A stretch of DNA of 64,000 nt, taken from positions 7,294 through 71,293 of IMG/VR virus record IMGVR_UViG_3300027779_003171; one strand, written 5' to 3'. A program made the translations under genes and the position numbers. Of this stretch, positions 40,079 to 49,349 are shown piece after piece. The notes under the pieces are model-generated. The model saw only the letters and a list, made by a program, of their open reading frames with translations. It was not told where the DNA came from and did not search any database. Source of the DNA: a virus. Numbering within the stretch: position 1 is the first letter of the stretch; each line of letters opens with the position of its first letter.

Positions 40079-40755
40079 ATGACGTAGTTCTAATAGGTAA
40101 CGGGCCATCGGTTAAAAAATACGAATACGGTGACCTTATTGATTCTTACAAAACCGTGGTTCGATTTAATTGGTATCATATAGATGGGTACGAAAAACAC
40201 GTTGGCACTAAAACAGATATTTGGTTTACTTCGATTTATGACCCTATCAGGGCGAAGAAAAAATACGACCATGTTATTGAGCATTCTTGGGAGTGGAAAC
40301 ATAGAAATGATAAAGTTTACCAGAAGCTCAAGGACGCGGAAATCCCCGCAGCCAAGACCTTTCATAAATTAATCTTTGATATCAAACAGTACATGGATGC
40401 GAAGATAGGGCTCCGAAGAAGCGTGATGGTCCCCGGGGGAGAGTATAATGTTTGGTCAACGGGGGCACTGGCGGCGTGGTGGATGTTAAGTCATCCGCAA
40501 CACAACTATGAAAAACTTCTTCTGTGCGAGGTCAGCAAACGAATCCCTTCCTTTGACAAAATCGATATGTTTGGTTTTGATTGGTGGGATATGACTAAGG
40601 GCGATTACTACCACCACGGAGATTCTCAAGCGGTAGGTCAGAACCACAAGCCCAAATTCGAACTAGAATTTTTCAGGTTTCTCTGGGAAGATGACAGAAT
40701 CCATGACTTGAATCCTGAGTCTGATTTCCATCACGCTCCCCTTTCCAATGACTAA
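40075..40755 (+). CDS. GT29 (sialyltransferase-like) family protein
   Basis: VVLIGNGPS..IDSYKTVVRFN..VGTKTDIW, STG and MFGFD motifs. Confidence 0.75.
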   Translation: MNDVVLIGNGPSVKKYEYGDLIDSYKTVVRFNWYHIDGYEKHVGTKTDIWFTSIYDPIRAKKKYDHVIEHSWEWKHRNDKVYQKLKDAEIPAAKTFHKLIFDIKQYMDAKIGLRRSVMVPGGEYNVWSTGALAAWWMLSHPQHNYEKLLLCEVSKRIPSFDKIDMFGFDWWDMTKGDYYHHGDSQAVGQNHKPKFELEFFRFLWEDDRIHDLNPESDFHHAPLSND

Positions 40756-41006
40756 ATGTCTCGTAACTGGCGGGTCCCTGTTGTGGGTCTTTTTTAAAAG
40801 CCAAGAGAAACAACGAACCCCTAAAGGTGTACGGGGACGGGCCTCAGGAGAGGGGTTTCGTCCGCATTGACGACGTGGTTAAGTGTAATATTTTAAGTGC
40901 TTTTTCCAAGAATAAAGGAGCCTTAGGCTCTATAATAGATGTGGGGACAGGCAACGAGACCAAATCATGGGTTACAAACCAAAATGAACCCGAAACAATC
41001 AGATAA
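40748..41006 (+). pseudogene. Collapsed NAD-dependent epimerase/dehydratase remnant
   Basis: MTKCLVTGG, then in a shifted frame EPLKVYGDGPQERGFVRIDDVVKCN..IDVGTG, then MGYKPK in another frame. Confidence 0.75.
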
Positions 41007-41354
41007 AAAGATTGATAAGATAGTGGGATTAATAGAAACCCTAGATTACAGTTTCTTTTCGTCCGACAACGAAGACTCGGCCATGCGCTCCCTTACCACC
41101 TCCATCATTGGCCTCGAAGAGTATCAGTCAATCATCGAACGAGACGATGCTATTAAACAACTTAAGAAAGGATAAAATTTGAGAGCAAATAAGCTCTCTT
41201 TCTGCCCATGTCCCTTGGTATCCCTAGACATATCGTTGCGCCACAAATCTGCACGATAGGGTTGTTACGCAGACTTGAGTCGTTTGTAGGCGATGGACAA
41301 CGGGGGCATGGGTTTTCCTTGACCTGAGGTAAGGTTACAGTACAATTGGTGACA

Positions 41355-42283
41355 ATGAGCACGTTTAAATTCAACACCGAAGACACGAAGAGGGAAAGGG
41401 AAGATAAATTCGTCTTCCCTCCCGAACTAGCTGAAGAAGATCGTTTCTTGGCGGAAATTTTAGCGGAGCTTGCCCCTTATGTAAGGGCAATGCAAACGTC
41501 GGAAGGAAAGCTCTCCGAAGAGAGAAGGACGTACCTTCTCAGCGAGGTTAAAAAAGTTTTTGAAACAGAAAAAAAATAAATTTTTCCCCCGAAAAAGAAT
41601 AAGCTTTATGGTGGACGATATACAATGAAAAGCGAGCTCAGACAAATCGTAAAAGGTGTCCTCGAATCTGAATCGGAGAGACAGGCGAACCTAGCTTCAG
41701 AAGCTTGTCGGGAAAAGCTGGCCTTGGAAATAGAGGAAAAAATAAAAAGCAAGTTCCACGTCTTTAGGATAAACAGGGCACTGAAGGGGGGCGGAGGCTT
41801 ATGAGCGAGAAAAAAGAAAAACAGCAGGAGATGAAGCTGAAGGTCAACAATGCCGTGGAAGAATCCAGACGGACCGGCAAGAAGGTTGAAGTTCCCATCG
41901 GGCAAATCAAGCAGGAGGAGAGAAAAAAACTTAAAGGCAAAAAGGTAGACAGAGAAAAGCTAGACGGCTCAAACCTTGAGACCTGTCTCAAAGAGAGGGC
42001 CGAAAAACAGGAGGAGGGTAACTGTGGGAATTTTAAAATTACAAACAAAGAATTAAACAAAGACGGAGAGTACGACTACGAATTTAAGTGTGACGAAACC
42101 TTCGTGGCTTTCGCCCAGCATAGTCTGGGTTTAGAGGACGGCATCTCACCCGCAGAATTGAAGAAGTTTTGTATGAATATTTTATTGGCCAAAGAATCCG
42201 ACCAGCTTGGAGAAGGGTACAAAGTAAGAGAGCTCGAAAAAAACAAGGTCAAGGAGCCCAAATTCTACAAGAAATATAAATGA
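41355..42283 (+). CDS. Three hypothetical ORFs (41355-41579, 41625-41804, 41801-42283)
   Basis: ATG-start ORFs in operon orientation. Confidence 0.55.
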
Positions 42284-42624
42284 GTGAAGAAGTAACAACT
42301 CCAAGTGGGCTGAAGTATACTGTCAGCGAAACAGGCGAAGGCGAAAAAGTCGGCGCGAATAAAAAAGTAAAAGTACATTACACTGGCTCCTTTACCGATG
42401 GCACAGTATTTGATAGTTCTGTGCAGAGAGGCGTACCATTCGAGTTCGTGGTCGGCGTTGGGCAGGTTATCAAAGGCTGGGATGAGGCACTGTCTGACAT
42501 GAAAAAAGGAGAGAAGCGGACCTTGACTATCCCCCCTGACTTGGGGTACGGAGCGAGTGGGCATCCACCAGTTATCCCTCCTAGTTCTGTTTTGATGTTC
42601 GATGTGGAACTGTTAGATTTTTAG
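42280..42624 (+). CDS. FKBP-type peptidyl-prolyl isomerase
   Basis: VHYTG, FDSS, VIKGWDE, LGYG and FDVELL motifs. Confidence 0.95.
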   Translation: MSEEVTTPSGLKYTVSETGEGEKVGANKKVKVHYTGSFTDGTVFDSSVQRGVPFEFVVGVGQVIKGWDEALSDMKKGEKRTLTIPPDLGYGASGHPPVIPPSSVLMFDVELLDF

Positions 42625-42626
42625 CA

Positions 42627-43142
42627 ATGAACAGAAGAGATTTCATTAAAGCAGCGGTTCCCGTGGCGGCTATACCAGCCATTGCAATTACTTGTAAATA
42701 CGAGGACGACGAAAAGGGGCCAGAGAAGGAGTCCATGTGGAAGAACTGGGACTATAGAGTCTATTGTTACGAGCGTGGGCAAGGCGAGTGGTTGTTTAGC
42801 GAGAATACTAGGGGCAGCTTTGCTCACCAAAGAGAGTATATGACTTTCGATGAGGAAAATGACCTTACTTGGAATAGCTATGCTGGCTGGATGGACGGTG
42901 GCAAATTACATTTTTCATCTTTCGATGATGCTACTGATTTTGTTGACTGTCACGTTAGAGCTAAAGACGATACTAATCTTATAGACTCTATTTATGACGT
43001 TTATTTCATCAGCAGAAGAGACCCAGAAAGAGCAGTGGAAATAAAAGTAGCCCACTACTGGTTTAACGGAGACTCAGGCAGGGCTGTCGTGTGGGAGCAA
43101 AATGGATTTAATGGAAATTTTAACAAAGTAGAAAGTGCTTAG
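42627..43142 (+). CDS. Protein with Tat-like (twin-arginine) signal
   Basis: N-terminus MNRRDFIKAAVPVAA. Confidence 0.6.
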   Translation: MNRRDFIKAAVPVAAIPAIAITCKYEDDEKGPEKESMWKNWDYRVYCYERGQGEWLFSENTRGSFAHQREYMTFDEENDLTWNSYAGWMDGGKLHFSSFDDATDFVDCHVRAKDDTNLIDSIYDVYFISRRDPERAVEIKVAHYWFNGDSGRAVVWEQNGFNGNFNKVESA

Positions 43143-43301
43143 AGATTATGCCGAATGAAGCCAAAGAGTTAAAAGCAGTAAAAAAACACCTAGAAGACGC
43201 AGCCATATACAACTTGGAGTCCGAGATAGTCTGGGCCGCAGTAAAGATAGCAAAAGAGAAGCCAAAAGAGGACTTCCATCAAATATTTAAAGAAGCACGA
43301 G

Positions 43302-43577
43302 ATGAGTGGGACATATAAAGGAAAAGAAGAACCGAGAAAACAGTACGACTACCTTAAATGCATTGAGGAGTTGAATGAACTTGCGACAGTATTAATGCAG
43401 CAGTTCAACAAACCTCACAAAGATTTATCGGGGGGCGTTGTCGAAGAGCTTGGAGATGTTTACTACAGGTTAGACAACATAATGGACTACTATGATGGGG
43501 ATTTAGTTTCAGCTAGAAAATTATACAAAGCTGATAAATGTGATCCAGTTAGATCACGAAAGACAGATGCATGTTAA
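43302..43577 (+). CDS. MazG-like NTP pyrophosphohydrolase
   Basis: EELNEL..EELGDV pattern. Confidence 0.65.
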   Translation: MSGTYKGKEEPRKQYDYLKCIEELNELATVLMQQFNKPHKDLSGGVVEELGDVYYRLDNIMDYYDGDLVSARKLYKADKCDPVRSRKTDAC

Positions 43578-44232
43578 ACTGGTATCGCTTACACAACCTC
43601 ACGTAAAGGGGTATGATGATAAGCTCATGAGCGCGGAGGATATAATCGCCTACTGTGCTAGAGTTTCTAACCCGAGCAATCAGCAAAACGTAAAGACTGC
43701 TCCCAAGCTTCTAAAATTCTTAATTAAACACGGGCATTGGTCGCCCTTTGAACTCGCGAACATGTGTGTTGAAATTAGAACGAGTAGAGGAATCGCGGCC
43801 CAGATTTTGCGTCACCGTAGTTTTAGTTTTCAGGAATTCAGCCAACGATACAGTGAAGCTCAACAACTTGAAGAATTAGAGCTTCGTTCCCCCGCTGAGA
43901 AAAACAGGCAAAGCAGTAGCGATGCCTTAGATAAGAAGCACGAAGCTTACAAAATTGCGAATGCTTCCATGGAGGCGGCGATGAATTCGTACAAGCACCT
44001 ACTTGAGATTGGGGTGGCAAAAGAATGCGCGAGGGGCATTCTCCCCTTAGCTACGGAAACTACGATGTATATGAATGGCACGGTTCGTAGCTGGATTCAT
44101 TATATTGGACTAAGATCAAAGGAAAACACCCAAAAAGAGCACAGAGACATCGCGGACGAAATAAAAAGTATATTCACCCAACAATTCCCTAATATAAGTG
44201 AGGCGTTGGAGTGGACGAAGAAAGAGTCGTGA
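43567..44232 (+). CDS. thyX: FAD-dependent thymidylate synthase
   Basis: ARVSN, HWSPFE, QILRHRSFSFQEFSQRY and TQKEHR motifs. Confidence 0.96.
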   Translation: MHVKLVSLTQPHVKGYDDKLMSAEDIIAYCARVSNPSNQQNVKTAPKLLKFLIKHGHWSPFELANMCVEIRTSRGIAAQILRHRSFSFQEFSQRYSEAQQLEELELRSPAEKNRQSSSDALDKKHEAYKIANASMEAAMNSYKHLLEIGVAKECARGILPLATETTMYMNGTVRSWIHYIGLRSKENTQKEHRDIADEIKSIFTQQFPNISEALEWTKKES

Positions 44233-44570
44233 AATATCGAATTAAAAAAATACCAGCACTACAGGCAAGCAAGGTTGTAGCGGTAGTCTACGCACCCTTC
44301 GGGCTTTTTTATACCGTGGCTGGAGCAATCAGCCTTTACAACCAGCCTTATTACAACTTCGTCGGTGAGGCTCTTTTATTCGGCCCAGTTCTTCTTGCCC
44401 CATTTACATTTATCGCGACACTCTTCACTTGCTGGTTTTATAATCACGTAGCAAACTTGATTGGGGGCATAGACGTGGAACTAGGAGAAAGTCCATCCAT
44501 TACAGTGAAACAGATGAAAAAAGATTTAGCAGCGGCAGAAAGACGAAAGGGAAAGGCTAGGGGTGAGTAA
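44229..44570 (+). CDS. Membrane protein (DUF3566-like)
   Basis: Two TM segments and YN..A..IGGI.VEL. Confidence 0.5.
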   Translation: MKYRIKKIPALQASKVVAVVYAPFGLFYTVAGAISLYNQPYYNFVGEALLFGPVLLAPFTFIATLFTCWFYNHVANLIGGIDVELGESPSITVKQMKKDLAAAERRKGKARGE

Positions 44571-44710
44571 AAAAAATTGGAGAGATTTGCTTGCTGGTTT
44601 GTCAATCATGGTCGTGTCTACTTTTTTATTTTTTAATGATCAGTATACCGTTGAAATCGCGTTGATAATAGCGGTATTAACTTTGTGGTGGTTGAATTAG
44701 TTAATGATCT

Positions 44711-45154
44711 ATGATCTATTCTCTATACGGGCAACCAGGGTCAGGTAAGACGACCTTGGGAAAGTTGATGGCAGGGTATCTTGACACACCGTTCATTATA
44801 GACGGCGATGAGTTTAGGGGGATGTTCGCAAATAAAAATTACGGGAAAGAGGGCCGAGAGAAAAACATTAGGAATGCAAACGCCGTAGCAACCTACTTAA
44901 ATAAAAGAGGCAAACCCGCCGACAAAGAAACCCATGCGGTCATGAGTCTAGTAAATCCTTACAAATACTTGCGAGATGAATTGCGAGAAAATAATGAAGG
45001 TCAGGTTATTGAAATTTTATTGAAATCAAATAGAGAGTTAAGAAAAGAATATCATGTAGAAGATTTTGAAGAAGGCATCCCAGATTACGCAATGGACACA
45101 GACCGAAGCGTCGGGGATAGTTGGAGTGAATTAAAAGAGATGCTAAAAGCATGA
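44711..45154 (+). CDS. Adenylyl-sulfate (APS) kinase-like P-loop kinase
   Basis: GQPGSGKTT, DGDEFR, GREKNIR and SLVNPY motifs. Confidence 0.78.
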   Translation: MIYSLYGQPGSGKTTLGKLMAGYLDTPFIIDGDEFRGMFANKNYGKEGREKNIRNANAVATYLNKRGKPADKETHAVMSLVNPYKYLRDELRENNEGQVIEILLKSNRELRKEYHVEDFEEGIPDYAMDTDRSVGDSWSELKEMLKA

Positions 45155-45762
45155 CACCGAGACAGTACGAGAATAGTGAAAGAGTTACGAGAGAATGGGC
45201 GAAAGCAAAAGCTCAGATACTTTCCGAAAAATGGCATATTCGCTTAGGTAGGCAAATTACACTGGGAGAAGCAAGGAGCAGCATGAAGCCCTTTGCGTTG
45301 GCTCAAGAAGATATCCCCCTAATAATTAAACTCGTAGAAAATCCAAAATATGATATCGGACTATTTGCTGGATACGTTGATCTTTTTACTCATGATTGCG
45401 TACATATTCTCTTAGGCAGAGGACTTCTCCTTAAGGATGAGGCTTTTGTGATTGGGTACACCATGGGAACTTCTAAAAAGATGTTCAGGTGGCGGCGAAA
45501 CCTTTTCATGTTTTGCGCGAAGTATCTTTACCCAGAAGAGTATGGTTTCGGAGAGGACGAGAGATTTGTTTTCAACTTAGGGGTAATGGTTGGCTCTAGA
45601 TGCCCCACGGACTTATCAAAGACTGATTTTAAAAAACTTTTAAATAAAGATGTCGCGGAGATAAGAAATGAGTTAAAAATGGACTCCGACCTATTAAGGT
45701 CATGTTATCTTGCGGAAAAGAATCTTTTCAAGGATAGTAGGGAGAGCTTGAGATTGGTATGA
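45151..45762 (+). CDS. Coq4-like HDxxH..E protein
   Basis: HDCVHILLG....DEAFV motif. Confidence 0.5.
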   Translation: MTPRQYENSERVTREWAKAKAQILSEKWHIRLGRQITLGEARSSMKPFALAQEDIPLIIKLVENPKYDIGLFAGYVDLFTHDCVHILLGRGLLLKDEAFVIGYTMGTSKKMFRWRRNLFMFCAKYLYPEEYGFGEDERFVFNLGVMVGSRCPTDLSKTDFKKLLNKDVAEIRNELKMDSDLLRSCYLAEKNLFKDSRESLRLV

Positions 45763-45864
45763 AAACGTGCGGCGGCTGTGGCAACAAAAAGATGAGGTAC
45801 TGCCTGTGCCTTTCTTGCGGGTGGATGGACCCTAAAGTCAAAAAACGAGACAAAAAACTAAAAC

Positions 45865-46122
45865 TTGAAATCGAAAAGGACAATTCTAAAAGACCACCCC
45901 GAGTCGGAGTTAAGACCATTAGGGTGGATTGGAGCAAGCTTGGTGGTCCTCGGATACTACCTTAACGCTAATTATATCCTTTATTGTTGGCCGTGCTGGA
46001 TACTCGGCAATGCAATGGTCGGAGCCTATTGTCTTAGAGCTAAGGCTTATCCTGCGGCAGCTATGTCCTTCGCCTTGGTGTTAATGAATATCTACGGTCT
46101 AATTTCTTGGCTTGACAAGTAG
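45865..46122 (+). CDS. PnuC-like small membrane protein (start uncertain)
   Basis: GWIG..GYYLNA..WILGN..NIYG..W with three TM segments. Confidence 0.5.
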   Translation: MKSKRTILKDHPESELRPLGWIGASLVVLGYYLNANYILYCWPCWILGNAMVGAYCLRAKAYPAAAMSFALVLMNIYGLISWLDK

Positions 46123-46357
46123 GGGTAATCATGTTATTGTTTTCACATGACGGAGAAGAAAAAAGGAGCAAAACTTCGGAAAAAAGCAGGTACGGCAACC
46201 CCTGACAAGTACGAGAATACCCCCACTTGGGTAAAGAAGGCGGAGTTTAAGCTGGATCGGTACAACCATTTGATGGAATTTTTACGCACTTTCTTGGGCT
46301 TCTGTACCCTGACTCTTCAAGTTATAATTTTATTAAAGTTATTTAACGTCATCTAGG

Positions 46358-47455
46358 ATGAAGATGGTAAAAGATAACGAGATAAGCATTTCTCCCGTCA
46401 ATTGGCAAAAGCTTAATAAGTCTCACACTAAAGACGAGATTAAACAACTAATTTCTGACGCTATTGGAGAAAACGACCTTCCCATGCCTACGCGGAAGAT
46501 AACGAAGGCTGACGCAAAGAAATCGTTTAAAGAACTCCAGTCCTTCTACCATTTGAGGGCCATGACGCAGGAGAACTGGTATACTCGGTACGATTACAAA
46601 TACCCCTTGACCGACGTGCTTTTTGGCTGCTCCACTGTTGGCAACAAGGCTTCAGACTTTTACCAGCAGTACAATCGTTGGTTGTGCGATTCAATCAATG
46701 CGCCGAGCCCGTATAGGTCGTGGACGACAGAGAAATTCAGGCTAACGCTTTTAAATGCCCTGTGGAGCCTCAAAATGGAAGAGGTGAACTCCAAAGTCTT
46801 GCGGAGTTGTATCGGCTTGAGAAAGTATATCGCGAGTCAGTTCAGGCCATCGACAGCGAAGACAGTCTACGATTATTTCGGCGCGGAGGATGTTCTGGAT
46901 TTTAGTTCTGGTTGGGGTGACCGTTTGTGTGGGTTCCTCGCCAGCGATGCGAAGTCTTACGTGGGGATAGACCCAAACGAAAGGCTATTCGATAATTACA
47001 CGAGGATGATTGATGATTTTAATGTCCCAAATAAAAAGGTGGAATTATTTAACTGTTGCGCTGAAAACGCCGTGTTGGGTAAGAGAGAGTTTGATTTAGT
47101 TTTTACCTCTCCCCCTTATTTTAACATTGAGAGATATACACAAGAAGAAAACCAATCATTCAAGAAATACAGAAAACTGGAAAATTGGTTAAATGAATTT
47201 CTTTTTAAAGCCATTGATTTGTCTTGGGGTCACCTAAAAACTGACGGGCATCTTGTCCTCAACATAAGTGATGTATACTCAAATCACACAATCAATAAAA
47301 TTTGTGACCCGATGAATGATTATATTAAATCTCTCAAGGGTGCGGAATATGTTGGGTGTTACGGATACCAAATGAGAACCAGACCCAACTCAGGTGCGTT
47401 AAAAGGGAAAACTGGGAAATTTGCGGAACCCATGTGGGTTTGGAAAAAAACGTAA
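46358..47455 (+). CDS. Amino-DNA methyltransferase (N4-C/N6-A type)
   Basis: VLDFSSGWGDR SAM-binding motif and FTSPPYF catalytic motif. Confidence 0.8.
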   Translation: MKMVKDNEISISPVNWQKLNKSHTKDEIKQLISDAIGENDLPMPTRKITKADAKKSFKELQSFYHLRAMTQENWYTRYDYKYPLTDVLFGCSTVGNKASDFYQQYNRWLCDSINAPSPYRSWTTEKFRLTLLNALWSLKMEEVNSKVLRSCIGLRKYIASQFRPSTAKTVYDYFGAEDVLDFSSGWGDRLCGFLASDAKSYVGIDPNERLFDNYTRMIDDFNVPNKKVELFNCCAENAVLGKREFDLVFTSPPYFNIERYTQEENQSFKKYRKLENWLNEFLFKAIDLSWGHLKTDGHLVLNISDVYSNHTINKICDPMNDYIKSLKGAEYVGCYGYQMRTRPNSGALKGKTGKFAEPMWVWKKT

Positions 47456-47484
47456 TTTTTCCCCCAAACTGAAATAACTATATA

Positions 47485-48150
47485 GTGGACGATATACAGC
47501 ACAAGAAAAAGAAGGCCGCTTACCACAAGGCATGGGCAGCGCGTCCCGCGAACAAGAAAAAGTTAGCCGCTTACTACGAGGTTTACTGCGAGGTCAACAA
47601 AGAAGAGATAGCCGCTCAGAGAAAAGCTTATCGCCACGCCAACAAAGAAGAAAAGGCCGCTTATGACAGAGTCTACCGCGAAACCGAGAAGGAAGCAATC
47701 ACTGCTCGGCAGAAGGCATACTATGAAGGCCGAAGGCAGGAAATAAGAGCGCGAACAAGTGCTTACTACTACGCCAACAAGGAAGCAATCGCTATTACAG
47801 TAAAGGCTTATAAACTCGCCCACAAAGAAGACCTTGCCCCGGGTCTCGCGGCTAGACAGTCAAAGAGGCGTGGCCTTAAGAGAGGCGCAGTTTTACCCAC
47901 AACTGATCAGGAATTAATTAAAAATTTCTACAAGCAAAGAGTCGATATGACAGAGAAACACGGTGAACTATATCATGTAGACCATATTATTCCACTATCT
48001 ATTGGTGGTGCTCATCATCAAGATAATCTGAGGGTAATTACAGCCGAGGAAAATAGGGAAAAACATAATAAATATATCCCAGAACTAGGCGGCGTTTGGG
48101 CTGATAACGACCTCGCAAGAGAATACAAAAAGAAACACGGTATTGGATGA
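47485..48150 (+). CDS. HNH homing-type endonuclease with N-terminal helical repeats
   Basis: About 15-aa KAYY..NKE repeats, then [19 protein letters not shown]. Confidence 0.88.
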   Translation: MDDIQHKKKKAAYHKAWAARPANKKKLAAYYEVYCEVNKEEIAAQRKAYRHANKEEKAAYDRVYRETEKEAITARQKAYYEGRRQEIRARTSAYYYANKEAIAITVKAYKLAHKEDLAPGLAARQSKRRGLKRGAVLPTTDQELIKNFYKQRVDMTEKHGELYHVDHIIPLSIGGAHHQDNLRVITAEENREKHNKYIPELGGVWADNDLAREYKKKHGIG

Positions 48151-49301
48151 GAATCGAATCTGACACTAAACTAGACTTTAAGGACGTTCTCCTACGCCCT
48201 AAACGCTCTGAGTTAACATCTCGCAAGGATGTCGACCTCATGCGTGAGTTTACGTTTAAGAACGCTGGCGGCGAAGGCTCTGACCCAAAAGCGTATGGCT
48301 GGAAAGGTATTCCTATCGTTGCCTCGAACATGGACACTGTTGGGACTTTCGAAACCGCCCAAACTCTCGCCAGATATCATATGCTAACTTGCATTAACAA
48401 GCATTACGATTTAAAAAAATGGCTACATAAATTAAATGGCTATGGAGTCTATAAAAGCCCAGAACAAAGGAAGGGCACTGTTTGGAAGCATGACCCAAAC
48501 TCAAGGTCTTCGCAAAATAGAATTTACGAGCATATTTCCCCTTCTATTGGTATTAAATATAATGAAAAAAAATACGATGATGTAGATTACCTTCGTGACA
48601 TTACATGGAATTTTTATCACACGCAATTCGTATGTATCGACGCGGCTAACGGATACACATCAAGATTTTGCGACTTCATAAAAAAAGTTAGAGAAGAACA
48701 CCCCGCACTTATAATAATTGCTGGCAACGTCGTTACGGGCGAAATGACAGAGGAGATATTATTAAGTGGAGCAGATATTGTTAAAGTGGGCATTGGCTCT
48801 GGGTCTGTCTGCACTACTCGTGTACAAACTGGTGTCGGTTACCCTCAACTCAGCGCAATCATTGAATGCGCGGATGCTGCTCATGGGATTGGTGGGCATA
48901 TTATGGCTGACGGTGGGTGCGTATGTGCTGGCGATGTGGCCAAAGCCTTTTGTGCTGGTGCTGATTTTGTTATGTTGGGCGGGATGCTGGCAGGTCATAC
49001 TGAGTCGGCGGGGCAAGAAGAAATAGTGGACGAAGAAAAGTATAAGACCTTTTACGGAATGAGTTCTGAGACCGCCATGAACAAGTATGATGGCGGGGTT
49101 GCCAGCTACCGTGCTTCAGAGGGTAAAACTGTGAGGATCAAACATCGTGGACTGCTTAGAAACACCGTAGAGGGCATCCTGGGCGGATTACGGTCCACTT
49201 GTACCTATATTGGTGCTAGAAGGATAAAAGATATGCCAAAATGTGCTACTTTCGTTAAAGTAACGCAGCAGTCAAATGAGGTTTTCGGAAAGAACGTGTG
49301 A
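48147..49301 (+). CDS. guaC: GMP reductase
   Basis: [33 protein letters not shown] and YRASEGK motifs. Confidence 0.95.
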   Translation: MRIESDTKLDFKDVLLRPKRSELTSRKDVDLMREFTFKNAGGEGSDPKAYGWKGIPIVASNMDTVGTFETAQTLARYHMLTCINKHYDLKKWLHKLNGYGVYKSPEQRKGTVWKHDPNSRSSQNRIYEHISPSIGIKYNEKKYDDVDYLRDITWNFYHTQFVCIDAANGYTSRFCDFIKKVREEHPALIIIAGNVVTGEMTEEILLSGADIVKVGIGSGSVCTTRVQTGVGYPQLSAIIECADAAHGIGGHIMADGGCVCAGDVAKAFCAGADFVMLGGMLAGHTESAGQEEIVDEEKYKTFYGMSSETAMNKYDGGVASYRASEGKTVRIKHRGLLRNTVEGILGGLRSTCTYIGARRIKDMPKCATFVKVTQQSNEVFGKNV

Positions 49302-49349
49302 TTATGGAAAAACATCGACACGTCCAAGTAATATGTCGATAGGATAAAC

